Of a stretch of 18,236 nucleotides of DNA, positions 1 to 8,451 are shown piece by piece (position 1 is the first letter of the stretch; each line of letters starts with the position of its first letter). A program made the translations under genes and the position numbers. The stretch is taken from IMG/VR virus record IMGVR_UViG_2778261506_000002; one strand, written 5' to 3'. The notes beneath the pieces were generated by a model that saw only the letters and a program-made list of their open reading frames with translations, was not told the DNA's origin and did no database searches. This stretch comes from a virus. Lineage: Duplodnaviria > Heunggongvirae > Uroviricota > Caudoviricetes.

Positions 1-569
1 ACGCGCATTTCACCGTACAGAACGGGCAGAACATTGCCCTGGGCAACCATGTTATCCAGTGAGGAGAAATAGGTGTTCTGTTTGCCGTTATCTGTACTTG
101 CTGCCGTGGGCGTCCTGGCTTTCGGTGCCAGCATCTGCGCCACTCCGCCCAGGATCATACTGGCCCCTGCCGCATACATGCCCGATACAGCCGCGGCACC
201 CAGCCAGCCCACAGGGTTCCACCATGCCACCGCAATCAGCGCCGCCCCCAGCACCACCTGAAACACACCGCCACTTTTAGCTCCCGCCAGACGCGGCACG
301 ATGTGGATCACGGCACCATTTGCCAGCGGCTCATTAAGACGGGCAGACAATTCGGTTTCACCTGCATCACGCCCGGCAATGCGTACCTGGTACCAGCCGT
401 CGCTCAGTTTCTGACGAAACGCCGGGATCTGCATGGCCAGCGCCCGGATGGCTTCGGACCCCGTTTTCACTCGAAGGTCGATGCGGCGGCCAAATCGTTG
501 TAAATCCCCGTAAAGGCAGATGCGTGCCATGCCCGGTGACGCCAGAGGGAGTGTGTGCGTCGCTGCCAT
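1..569 (-). CDS. I: Tail assembly protein I (lambda gpI-like), N-terminal ~190 codons; 3' end lies beyond position 1
   Basis: Manual minus-strand translation from ATG at 569 gives MAATHTLPLASPGMARICLYGDLQRFGRRIDLRVKTG...LPAFRQKLSDGWYQVRIAGRD...APKARTP...DNGKQNTYFSSLDNMVAQGNVLPVLYGEMRV, open to position 1. This closely matches my memory of lambda gpI. Not in the ORF track because it has no stop inside the window. Start is GAGAGG-N11-ATG; alternative in-frame ATGs at 530 and 434. Confidence 0.8.
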   Translation of the reverse strand, partial: MAATHTLPLASPGMARICLYGDLQRFGRRIDLRVKTGSEAIRALAMQIPAFRQKLSDGWYQVRIAGRDAGETELSARLNEPLANGAVIHIVPRLAGAKSGGVFQVVLGAALIAVAWWNPVGWLGAAAVSGMYAAGASMILGGVAQMLAPKARTPTAASTDNGKQNTYFSSLDNMVAQGNVLPVLYGEMR

Positions 570-1210
570 TTGTCGGTATACCTCTCTCGTTTACTCAGTT
601 GTTCAGGAATATGGTGCAGCAGCTCACCGTCGCCGCAGTAAATGGCGGCATGATTCGGCACCGATGAACCAAAACAGCACAGCAGCACATCGCCCGGTTG
701 TGCTGATGACAACGGCACCTGATACAGCCCTGTGGCCTCCAGATTATCCAGATAGAGATTCTGACCGTGACGCCACCAGTCATCCTCGCGATGAAAATCC
801 GGCATCTCAATCCCCGCCAGATGATAAGCATCCCGGAACAGCGTGTAACAGTCCGTCACCCCGTGCTCAAAGCGCCGCCCGGTGAGATGCGGCACACAGC
901 GGAACTTGTGAATCGCCCTCCGGCAGACCAGCCACCACGGCAAATCACTCTGCACCTGCAGCCGCCGGTCAGCCTCACTCAGCCAGGGCAGACCACCGGG
1001 ATGACTGTGGACCAGTGCCACAATCTCACCCTGCATCTCTGCCTGCAGCCAGTCCTCCGGAGCCATCCGGAAATAATCCTCCGGCTCACCGGAAATATTC
1101 ACGCAGGGAAAATATCTTTCCCCCTCCGGCGCTCTCACCACGAAGCCGCACGACTCCGCTGGCGCACATCGCCGGGCGTGCGCCAGAATCGCTGATTCTG
1201 TCTCTGTCAT
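467..1210 (-). CDS. K: Tail tip assembly protein K (JAB/MPN metalloprotease-like plus NlpC/P60-like domains)
   Basis: Track ORF 467..1252 begins at a TTG; first ATG is 1210 (MTETESAIL...), 4 nt after the L stop. Contains a JAMM-like motif (VHSHPGG...SEAD) and a Cys/His NlpC/P60-like C-terminal half. Sits between L and I as in lambda. Confidence 0.8.
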   Translation of the reverse strand: MTETESAILAHARRCAPAESCGFVVRAPEGERYFPCVNISGEPEDYFRMAPEDWLQAEMQGEIVALVHSHPGGLPWLSEADRRLQVQSDLPWWLVCRRAIHKFRCVPHLTGRRFEHGVTDCYTLFRDAYHLAGIEMPDFHREDDWWRHGQNLYLDNLEATGLYQVPLSSAQPGDVLLCCFGSSVPNHAAIYCGDGELLHHIPEQLSKRERYTDKWQRRTHSLWRHRAWHASAFTGIYNDLAAASTFE

Positions 1211-1214
1211 GGGA

Positions 1215-1913
1215 TTACTGCGAAAGTTTGTTAATGGAAAGGAAGCCGCCAAAGTTGCCGACGTTATTGCGAAACTTACAGCCGCTCAGGCATTTGCTGC
1301 ATTTATCCTTCGTGATATCGGACGTCGGCTGGTCATATTCATCCGCGACTGCCGGACCGTGATAACCGCACTCATCACCGCGATAGGTCCAGGTGCAGGT
1401 GTTGGCCAGCATGATACGTCCCGGAAAAACAGCGCCGTCCGTTTCCGTCGGCGTGGACAGTACAAAAGAGGCACTCACCGCGCTCAGTTCGCTGCACTGC
1501 TCAATGCGCCAGCGGCTGATCACCTCCTGCTCCGGATCGGCGTCACTGTTTCCGTTGACGAAGTTCACCGCATCCAGAAAACGGGCGTAAACCTTACGCC
1601 GGACCACCGTTCCGCCGACCAGACTCTGCAGATCTTCCGCCATCCCGGTGACCATACCGTACAGGTTAGAAACCGTCAGTGTCGGACGGGCAGCACTGCC
1701 CTTGCCGTTCAGTTCAAATCCCGTCCCCTGAATGGGGTATACCTGATACTGCCGCCCCTGCCAGATAACCGGCTCACCTTTTTCGTTCTGCTCATTACAG
1801 AAAAAATAACGTTCACCACCGACCTCTGTCAGATCGATTTCCCAGAGCACCACCTGGGCTGACTGAGTGAGGCGTGTCGTCTCATGATGTGTTTCCTGTG
1901 GAATATCCTGCAT
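1215..1913 (-). CDS. L: Tail tip protein L (lambda gpL-like, Cys-rich C-terminus)
   Basis: 232 aa, the same length as lambda gpL. Translation MQDI.QET...VVLWEIDLTEVGGERYFFCNEQNEKGEP...CSKCLSGCKFRNNVGNFGGFLSINKLSQ is near-identical to my recollection of lambda gpL. AGGAGG overlaps the M stop, 5 nt before the ATG. Confidence 0.9.
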   Translation of the reverse strand: MQDIPQETHHETTRLTQSAQVVLWEIDLTEVGGERYFFCNEQNEKGEPVIWQGRQYQVYPIQGTGFELNGKGSAARPTLTVSNLYGMVTGMAEDLQSLVGGTVVRRKVYARFLDAVNFVNGNSDADPEQEVISRWRIEQCSELSAVSASFVLSTPTETDGAVFPGRIMLANTCTWTYRGDECGYHGPAVADEYDQPTSDITKDKCSKCLSGCKFRNNVGNFGGFLSINKLSQ

Positions 1914-1922
1914 CAGAGCCTC

Positions 1923-2252
1923 CTATGCCACGACCTGTTCAAAATCTGCCGTTATGGTTACCCACAGCGCCCCCACGCTTGCCGACCATTTACGACAAAC
2001 CACCCTGATCGGTTTCCAGTCATAAGGTGGCGTCCACTGAAATGCACGGACGCCACCGTGCCGTTCCAGAAAGGCTTTTAAAGATGGGTGGTCACATTTA
2101 CGAACACGTATCGTCACGCTGTAAGTCGACAACTGGTTATTCAGTCCCGCCGCACGACGCTGTTCATAACCATCGCCCAGCTTCACTGTCACCACTTTCG
2201 GCTCTGATACCACATTCATATCCGGGCGCACTTTCCAGTGAAACGTCTCCAT
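1923..2252 (-). CDS. M: Minor tail protein M (lambda gpM-like)
   Basis: 109 aa, same length as lambda gpM. Start overlaps the tape-measure stop as TAATG. Lies between H and L. Confidence 0.85.
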   Translation of the reverse strand: METFHWKVRPDMNVVSEPKVVTVKLGDGYEQRRAAGLNNQLSTYSVTIRVRKCDHPSLKAFLERHGGVRAFQWTPPYDWKPIRVVCRKWSASVGALWVTITADFEQVVA

Positions 2253-5200
2253 TACCGATATGCTCCACTTAACCGACCACCATCACGGGCCTGCTGTTGC
2301 ATAAAGTCCACTGCCGCTTTTTTCCCGAGGTCATAAACCGCCTTCAGGGCAGCCGGACCTATCTGCCCGTTCGTGCCATCGTTATTGATCTCGATGTTGT
2401 ACTGCGGGGCAAACATCGCCATACCTGAACCACCAATATCCGCCACAACCCCCAGCTTACCGTCAGCACCACGACGCAGTGGCAGAATGGCTTCAGGTCC
2501 CGCTTCCCCCATCACACCCGCGCCTTTTGCAAAAGCAAAAAACGTCGGACGGTTAACCACCGTGCCACTGTAACGACTCAAATCAGCAGACTGATAAATC
2601 CCCCCATTGGCATTCAGGGAAAGGCTGCTGAGATCAAATCCCAGTACACTGCCAATCCCTTTTATCGATTTCATCATGGTTGCCTGCGCCAGGATTTTCG
2701 CCATATCTGACAGCACAGAAGAGGTGAAGGATTTGAAATTGAGTTTGCCGGTAGTGACAAAAGTTGCCAGGCCATTTCCCATGTTGCTGAAGGCTGACGA
2801 GAACACCTGTTCTGCTGTTCCTGCCGTATTATCTGCATCCACGGTAAAATTCTGAAATGCACGCAGGACTCCGTTTTTCCAGTTACCCTGCACAACTTCA
2901 AGCTGTTGCCAGTAACGGCGATTCTCATTCAGTTGTCGGTTCAGGCTCTCCGTCAGCGCCTGCTCGGCCTTTCTGTAGTCATCCGTGTTATATGTTCCTT
3001 TCTGCTCACTATCCCGCCTCAACTGCTCCAGCTGTTGCTGGTATTTCTGGCGAAGACTCAGTTGTACCTGATATCGCTGCCGCTGCTGATCACCCATACC
3101 CACCGTGGCGATATCCAGGTCATGTTGCTGACGCTGAGCGCGCTCTTCTTCAGCCAGTTGACTGGTCAGCTGAATTGTTTTTTTCTTCAGCTCGTTGAGT
3201 GCCGTCTGTTTCTGAAGCTCCTGCTGTTTTACATCCAGCAGCGTCAGTGCCTGAATCAGTTCATCTTTACGGGCCAGCACACTCTTTTCATCTGCCGTCA
3301 GTTTTTTCCCGTCCAGGTCGCTGATGCGCTGCTGCAGAGCCAGAAGCTGTTTATGCGCTTCTGTCATCCTTTCCGTGGCAATGCCTGCTGACTGTCTGGC
3401 AGCAGCAATCTGTCCTTCCACCTGTGCCTGTTGCTGACTGTACTGCAGCAATAACCGGGTGGCCTCATCATTACGGGGTTCGCGTGTTTTTTTCTTACCG
3501 GATGCCAGGGCTTTCTCGTAACGTTCATTTTCACGTTGTATCGCCGCATCCCTGACAGCCTGATCGGCGTACTGCATGGAATTAATACGCGCAATTTCAC
3601 GCTGATGTCGTGCTGCTTCCGTTTCATTCATCCGGTTCAGTGCAGCATTTTCAGCATTACGGCGTTTCTGTTGCTCCTGATAATTCTGCTCTGCCTGCTC
3701 TTTTGCATCCTGCAAATCCTTCTGGCGTTTTTTCTCCTGAAGCTCGTTAAGACGCTGCTGATCGTACTCAACCTGAGAAGATGATGCCGTCCAGGGGAGT
3801 CTTTTCGCCCGCGACACTTTCTCCTGTAAAGCGGAAATCTGTTCATCCAGCGAGTCTTCACGACCAATATTCATGGCCGCATCCCAGAAACGACTCCATA
3901 AATCAGACAGATACTTCAGCGTACTGCCCAGCGCATTGAGGTTATTATCAATATCCGCAGTACGCCGACCGGTTTCCTCTGCCAGTGCAGACATGGCTAT
4001 CCGTGCCGCATCACTGGACCGCCCCTGTTCCCCAAGGACGCGTATCTGCTCAAGCTGAGTGGCAGTAAGAAAATGCAGCTCATTGTCCAGAGCCTTCGCG
4101 GCATTTACAGGATCATCCTTCAGCCGCTTAAACTGATTTATGGTATCGCTGACCGACTGGCCAACCGATCGCTCCATCTGTGCGGCAGCTCTCGCCACCA
4201 TACCGATATCGTTTCCACGAAATGCACCACTCCCCACCACCTGAGCCAGCGCACCGGCTGCAGCATGTTGCGTGATACCATTCCCGGAAATAGCACGACT
4301 GAGCGTCCACAGCTGCCCGGCAGTGACTCCGGCATAATGCCCCGTCAGCGACAACTGGCGGTTAAATTCTTCCCCCTCCTTCTGACCATCATACCAGGCT
4401 TTACCCAGACCATAGACGGCCGCGGCAATACCGCCAATAACCCCGCCCAGCATCATGCCTTTCGGTGACATCAGTGTGTCTATCCATCCGGCACGGTTAG
4501 CCAGCGTTATCCCGGATCCCCTCAGCGCACCTAAATTGCCGCGAGCCAGTTCACCTATCAGAACGCCTATCTCCTGGCGGGCCGCTGCACTTTTCAGACC
4601 CAGCGAATGCGTGGCTTTTCCTGCCTGCTCCATTTTGCGGATATACACTTCTGCAGCACTGCTTACCCCCAGCTGGGCAGCCTTAGCACGAAGCAACTCA
4701 GAAGAAGAAAGATTCTGGCGGGTTGCCTGCTCTTTAAGCTGACGGATAAACGCCACTTTCTGTCGGGTAGCCTCTTCCTCAGCCTGTGTAAGAACACGGG
4801 TTTTCGCAGTAACCTCAGAAATCAGCGCCAGATAATCCTGCTGACCAATCCCGCCACTGTTTCTGGCCTGTCGGATCTGCTGCTGAATACGCTGTAATTC
4901 CTGCAGCCCCGCACTGGCCTGTTTCACACTGTCAATCTGACGATAAAACGCAGCAGCCGCTTTATCCTGAGCCTCCGCCAGAGCCATGGCCTGCGCCTGT
5001 TCCTCGCGCATTTTCTGGCTCAGTGCCTCCATGCGCTGGCGGGTTTTCTCCACCTCGCGGGCCATGCGTTCATGAGCCTGTGCGTTCTTCTCCACCGTCT
5101 GCGCATGGACGGATGCGGCTGTTGCAGCCGAAGAAGCTGCCTGCGTTGTCTGCCGGGCGGCCTGAGTCTGACGCTCCATAAAACGCTGCATACGGGCAGA

Positions 5201-5317
5201 AGACCGTTCTGCATCGCTGGCTGCACCATTCAGAAGGTTTTTGATACGGGGAATTTCATTTTTAAACTCTGCCGCATCAATCCCCAAATCAATGACCAGG
5301 TTGGCTATCTGGTCCAT
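2252..5317 (-). CDS. H: Tail tape measure protein (lambda gpH-like)
   Basis: Track ORF 2252..5347 starts at a TTG; ATG at 5317 is preceded by GGAGG at 8 nt. About 1021 aa, with a long Ala/Gln/Glu/Arg-rich coiled-coil core and a Gly-rich C-terminal region typical of tape measure proteins. Placed between G/T and M. Confidence 0.9.
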   Translation of the reverse strand: MDQIANLVIDLGIDAAEFKNEIPRIKNLLNGAASDAERSSARMQRFMERQTQAARQTTQAASSAATAASVHAQTVEKNAQAHERMAREVEKTRQRMEALSQKMREEQAQAMALAEAQDKAAAAFYRQIDSVKQASAGLQELQRIQQQIRQARNSGGIGQQDYLALISEVTAKTRVLTQAEEEATRQKVAFIRQLKEQATRQNLSSSELLRAKAAQLGVSSAAEVYIRKMEQAGKATHSLGLKSAAARQEIGVLIGELARGNLGALRGSGITLANRAGWIDTLMSPKGMMLGGVIGGIAAAVYGLGKAWYDGQKEGEEFNRQLSLTGHYAGVTAGQLWTLSRAISGNGITQHAAAGALAQVVGSGAFRGNDIGMVARAAAQMERSVGQSVSDTINQFKRLKDDPVNAAKALDNELHFLTATQLEQIRVLGEQGRSSDAARIAMSALAEETGRRTADIDNNLNALGSTLKYLSDLWSRFWDAAMNIGREDSLDEQISALQEKVSRAKRLPWTASSSQVEYDQQRLNELQEKKRQKDLQDAKEQAEQNYQEQQKRRNAENAALNRMNETEAARHQREIARINSMQYADQAVRDAAIQRENERYEKALASGKKKTREPRNDEATRLLLQYSQQQAQVEGQIAAARQSAGIATERMTEAHKQLLALQQRISDLDGKKLTADEKSVLARKDELIQALTLLDVKQQELQKQTALNELKKKTIQLTSQLAEEERAQRQQHDLDIATVGMGDQQRQRYQVQLSLRQKYQQQLEQLRRDSEQKGTYNTDDYRKAEQALTESLNRQLNENRRYWQQLEVVQGNWKNGVLRAFQNFTVDADNTAGTAEQVFSSAFSNMGNGLATFVTTGKLNFKSFTSSVLSDMAKILAQATMMKSIKGIGSVLGFDLSSLSLNANGGIYQSADLSRYSGTVVNRPTFFAFAKGAGVMGEAGPEAILPLRRGADGKLGVVADIGGSGMAMFAPQYNIEINNDGTNGQIGPAALKAVYDLGKKAAVDFMQQQARDGGRLSGAYR

Positions 5318-6016
5318 AACGCACACCTCCGGAAATACCTTCCCCAAGATGCATCAGTTCTTCGTCCGTTCGCTCCGGTATCCCGTTCTCTTCCGGTAAA
5401 AGGCTGAAATCAGCCACCGCAGCATCACTGCTACCGGACACCATTCTCACGATCAATGCCTTCAGCGAGGCAAACTGCGCATCCATCCACACATCACTGA
5501 AGCTCTGCATCCGGAAATAATCGCCCCACTCACCAAGCTCAGTGGCCGACATTTCCGACAGCATCCGCCGCCAGTCTGCCCGCCGGAACTCCCGGGCAAG
5601 CCGCATGACAAACTGCATTTCCCGCGTCAGGACTTTTCCGGCGTCAGCACCTCATGCTCCAAATCCCCGGCATTCTCAATGACTCCCATACCGCTCAGCG
5701 ACAGAACCATCTCCGCCCCCGCTCCCAGGGCATCATACGACCATGTTGTAATAACGGATGCGCAAAGCGTCTCAACATCCTGAGACTGTTCCGCATTCCA
5801 CAGTGAGCGGGAAACCAGCCAGGCATTGATATCCATCCCCATCCGCAGAAAAGCAATCTGTCGTTCAGCCTCCGGCAGTTCTCCCTCTTCGGCATCAAAC
5901 TTTGCCGTTCGCTGCTGAACAAACGCCAGATATTCAATTCTCTGCAGCCCGGACAGCTCACTGAGCACCACGGACTGCTTTTCATAATTAAACGTGCCCT
6001 GTTTCAGAAACATCAT
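5289..6016 (-). CDS. Tail assembly chaperone G-T fusion made by programmed -1 frameshift (shift site about 5633-5639)
   Basis: The ORF ending at 5289 (track 5289..5618) is in the -1 frame relative to G. That frame is open upstream to a TGA at 5652-5654, so it overlaps the last 8 G codons. The overlap contains the minus-strand heptamer G GAA AAG, one base different from lambda's G GGA AAG. G/T upstream of the tape measure gene is the conserved siphovirus arrangement. Confidence 0.6.
5627..6016 (-). CDS. G: Tail assembly chaperone G (lambda gpG-like)
   Basis: Track ORF 5627..6055 starts at a TTG; tandem ATGs at 6016 and 6013 follow GGTGGAG (spacing 3 and 6 nt). Lies between V and the T frame. 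The TTG at 6055 cannot be excluded as the start. Confidence 0.7.
   Translation of the reverse strand: MMFLKQGTFNYEKQSVVLSELSGLQRIEYLAFVQQRTAKFDAEEGELPEAERQIAFLRMGMDINAWLVSRSLWNAEQSQDVETLCASVITTWSYDALGAGAEMVLSLSGMGVIENAGDLEHEVLTPEKS
5633..5639 (-). other. Candidate -1 ribosomal frameshift slippery site (GGAAAAG) at the G/T junction
   Basis: Zero-frame codons CCG GAA AAG TCC TGA; -1 frame reads GCC GGA AAA GTC. This is the only A-rich slippery run inside the 24-nt G/T overlap. Confidence 0.45.
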
Positions 6017-6030
6017 GTTCTCCACCTGCA

Positions 6031-6053
6031 AAAAAGCCCCGGATAACCGGGGC
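6031..6053 (-). terminator. Intrinsic terminator-like hairpin between the major tail gene V and G
   Basis: Minus strand reads GCCCCGG-TTAT-CCGGGGC followed by TTTTT: a 7-bp GC stem, 4-nt loop and U-run. Sits 21 nt after the V stop and just before the G Shine-Dalgarno. Confidence 0.55.
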
Positions 6054-6073
6054 AAATGATGAGTATCGTCCTG

Positions 6074-6817
6074 TTAACCTGCGGCGCTGACAGCCACCGC
6101 AGCCACTGCCACAAAATCGCCGTCAGAAGTCATGCCCACAATGCTGACACTGCCCTGCTTCACGCCTTTCACCGTGGCCACAAGCCCGTTCAGGGTCACC
6201 GTGGCAGTCTGTGGATCTGTCGAATGCACACTGATCGCTTTGTCACTGGCTCCGTCAGGTTTTACTGTAAAGGTCAGCGTGGTGGTTGCTCCCACTTTTA
6301 CACTGGCAGATGCCGGTGCCACCGTCAGCCCGGTAACGCTCACTGTTTCAGTGCCTTCCTCTGCCAGATACGGACGCCCCACACCGCTGATTTTCACTGT
6401 GCGGGTCATCACGTCTTTTGAGGCAATGGTTTTACCCAGTGAGCTCAGCCAGCCACGGAAAACATCAACAGTGCCGTTGGGATATTTGATACGAAACGCG
6501 CAGACTTCACCGGAGTCGAACAACTGAACCAGTTTTTTCTGCCCGCTGTCACCCGGACGCCAGGCCAGCGTCGCCGAAGTATCACCGACGGATTTCTGCC
6601 CCTGGGTTGTCGTTTTCCAGTCTGCATCTTCATCATCGAGATAAGTGTCATCTTCTGCATCAGCGGTCATTTCGCCAGGTTGCAGATCCTTCACCATCGC
6701 AAGACGCAGCCAGTCAGTGTCCGATAAAGGGTTCGCAAACGCATCGCCCTTGCCGGTGTACATCCAGAACGTCGTTCCCGCACCTTTCGTTTTTGCCAGT
6801 GGATTTGGTGTGGTCAT
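6074..6817 (-). CDS. V: Major tail protein V (lambda gpV-like) with C-terminal Ig-like domain
   Basis: Track ORF begins at GTG 6823; ATG at 6817 is preceded by AGGAGG at 5 nt. Translation M(A)MTTPNPLAKTKGAGTTFWMY...LDDEDADW...YPNGTVDVFRGW... matches my memory of lambda gpV along its length. The Thr/Val/Ser-rich C-terminus resembles the Big_2-like domain. Confidence 0.9.
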   Translation of the reverse strand: MTTPNPLAKTKGAGTTFWMYTGKGDAFANPLSDTDWLRLAMVKDLQPGEMTADAEDDTYLDDEDADWKTTTQGQKSVGDTSATLAWRPGDSGQKKLVQLFDSGEVCAFRIKYPNGTVDVFRGWLSSLGKTIASKDVMTRTVKISGVGRPYLAEEGTETVSVTGLTVAPASASVKVGATTTLTFTVKPDGASDKAISVHSTDPQTATVTLNGLVATVKGVKQGSVSIVGMTSDGDFVAVAAVAVSAAG

Positions 6818-6828
6818 TGCCACCTCCT

Positions 6829-7230
6829 TTAATTCGTGTACGTGATCTGGTACGTGATTTCCGCCATCGCCCAGGTGGCCATCTCATTATCACGTTGATA
6901 GTTAAAACCGAGAGGGATCAGGGTGTCGATGAGTCCGGAAAGTGCCGGTATATCATTCAGGGCCGGGAAAATGGTGCTCTCCATCCACATATCCAGCTCT
7001 GAATCCGGTGCCTGTGCCCGGATGAAGACAGCAATATGCAGAACAGCCTGCCAGTCATCTTCATCCGTCATTTTTCCGGTGTACTGAGCATCACTCAGCC
7101 ACACCGCCACGGCAGGCAGTTCCTGCGCATCAATAAATGCCGGAAGCCCGTCAAAAAACGTGGCGCTGTCTCCACACTGTTCCCGAAGGCGTGCCAGTAC
7201 GGCCTGGCGGATTTGTGTATGTCGGTTCAT
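6829..7230 (-). CDS. U: Tail terminator protein U (lambda gpU-like)
   Basis: Track ORF starts at 7242; ATG at 7230 forms an ATGA overlap with the Z stop. From that Met (MNRHTQIRQAVLARL...ATFFDG...PAVAVWL...DSELD.WMES...DIPALS...ITY...) it is 133 aa and resembles lambda gpU as I remember it. Confidence 0.85.
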   Translation of the reverse strand: MNRHTQIRQAVLARLREQCGDSATFFDGLPAFIDAQELPAVAVWLSDAQYTGKMTDEDDWQAVLHIAVFIRAQAPDSELDMWMESTIFPALNDIPALSGLIDTLIPLGFNYQRDNEMATWAMAEITYQITYTN

Positions 7231-7805
7231 CGGGTCAGCCATAACCTCAGTTGTTGTTTCAGTGCATACCCCAGCTGTTTCGGCATTTCCGCAGCAATAA
7301 TGCGGTCGCGGGCATCTTCAAATGCCTGTGTCAGCGGTCCGGACAGCGGGACTTTCACCACATCAATGGGGTAACGATTTTTGCCATCAATACGCCGCAT
7401 CACATGCCAGCGACCATTCGCCAGTTGCTGAATAAACGCATCCCGGAAAAGATATTTACCCACCTTCAGCACACTGCCACGGTACTGCAGTTTTCCACCA
7501 CGCCGGGCCAGTCTGACCCGGGCTGTCCCCAGCTTAATAGCGGGCAGATTGCCCCGGTTAACGCGGATCCTGGCCGTCATTTTTCCTGACGGACTGGCTT
7601 TAAACACCCGGACACGCTGACGTACCAGTTTCAGGGGGATCCCTTTCACCTGGTTATCTCCCGCAACGGTATTCCCGGCAACCTGCCGGGTGGCGACCGA
7701 GACCGCTTTCTGTGCCACACGGTTTATCGCCCATGCGCTGGCCTGTGGCACCATACGGGTATCAAGGCTGTTCAGATTACGGATGGCATTCTCAAGCCCC
7801 TTCAT
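7227..7805 (-). CDS. Z: Minor tail protein Z (lambda gpZ-like, tail completion)
   Basis: 192 aa, the same length as lambda gpZ. Basic protein immediately upstream of U with the ATGA overlap. Confidence 0.75.
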   Translation of the reverse strand: MKGLENAIRNLNSLDTRMVPQASAWAINRVAQKAVSVATRQVAGNTVAGDNQVKGIPLKLVRQRVRVFKASPSGKMTARIRVNRGNLPAIKLGTARVRLARRGGKLQYRGSVLKVGKYLFRDAFIQQLANGRWHVMRRIDGKNRYPIDVVKVPLSGPLTQAFEDARDRIIAAEMPKQLGYALKQQLRLWLTR

Positions 7806-7816
7806 CCCACACCTCT

Positions 7817-8092
7817 TTACTCAATAAAGATCATTGGCTTACCGTTAAAACGTTCATGCCGTGTGACCGTCCATTGTTGTCCGTCATAAACAACGCGATC
7901 CCCGCGCCGTGGGCGGTATCCCGAAGAAAACACCACCAGAGAGACCGCAGGTCCGGACAGAGCATTCAGCTCTGCCAGTGTTTCTCCCGGGATCACAGTC
8001 ATATCGACATCATTAATCGAGGCTGTCTTTCCCATCTTTCTAACCGTGATAGCATCCATACGCGCTGCCAGCCGGGAAAAGGGATCAGACAT
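7817..8092 (-). CDS. Head-tail attachment protein (lambda FII-like)
   Basis: 91 aa between the head genes and Z. N-terminal FSRLAARMDAITVRKMG and central RRGDRVVYDGQQWTV resemble lambda gpFII motifs as I recall them. Start overlaps the upstream gene by 8 nt. Confidence 0.5.
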   Translation of the reverse strand: MSDPFSRLAARMDAITVRKMGKTASINDVDMTVIPGETLAELNALSGPAVSLVVFSSGYRPRRGDRVVYDGQQWTVTRHERFNGKPMIFIE

Positions 8093-8408
8093 TGAGTTTT
8101 ACCGGCACTTCTTCTGCACTGGTTCCGGCATCTGCCCAGACAACCCCGACCAGCGGATCAGAGCCGCTGTTAGTCAGCTGAACTTTTCCGGACTTCAGAT
8201 AAACCTTCTTACCCGTTTTCATGTCATCCGTTTTCAGCTTAGGCAGCATAAACACACCTTCGGTCATGCCGTCGCCTGTTTCACCCTGTGGAATATCGGT
8301 CAGCGCCACCGCAAAAACATCGCCCACCTGCACCAGATCTCCGCTGCTGATGGCTGCACTGGCAACAATCGCCACCGTTTTTCCTTCTTCTACAAAATTC
8401 TTTGCCAT
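8085..8408 (-). CDS. Small head-associated protein (DUF2190-like; decoration or head-completion role unresolved)
   Basis: Track ORF 8085..8453 starts at a TTG inside a terminator; ATG at 8408 is preceded by GGAG at 6 nt. 107 aa, Gly/Val-rich. Lies directly after the capsid gene. Confidence 0.45.
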   Translation of the reverse strand: MAKNFVEEGKTVAIVASAAISSGDLVQVGDVFAVALTDIPQGETGDGMTEGVFMLPKLKTDDMKTGKKVYLKSGKVQLTNSGSDPLVGVVWADAGTSAEEVPVKLNV

Positions 8409-8451
8409 AACTGTCTCCGCACAGCCCCGTTCAGGGGCTGATTTCAGGTAC

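Noticed and set aside
59-503. Plus-strand ORFs 59..280, 73..261 and 303..503 at the window start
   Set aside because: The region is fully accounted for by the minus-strand gpI-like frame, which the track omits only because it runs off the window.
467-569. 103-nt out-of-frame overlap between the K 3' end and the I start, which looked like a lost stop codon or frameshift
   Set aside because: From memory of lambda coordinates (K 14276..14875, I 14773..15444) the same 103-nt overlap exists in lambda, so this is the conserved architecture, not an anomaly.
1209-1862. 217-aa plus-strand ORF, and similar long plus-strand ORFs (e.g. 2906..3391, 6132..6527, 8852..9433, 11274..11687, 13864..14271)
   Set aside because: They lie antisense inside strongly supported minus-strand phage genes in GC-rich DNA, lack ribosome-binding sites, and have low-complexity Arg/Pro/Ser-rich translations typical of spurious open frames.
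5317-5347. N-terminal extensions in the track from TTG/GTG starts (H 5347; likewise K 1252, G 6055, DUF2190-like 8453, capsid 10714, portal 12047, U 7242)
   Set aside because: These starts overlap upstream genes or terminators and lack Shine-Dalgarno sequences. Downstream ATGs with good SD spacing or ATGA/TAATG coupling fit better.
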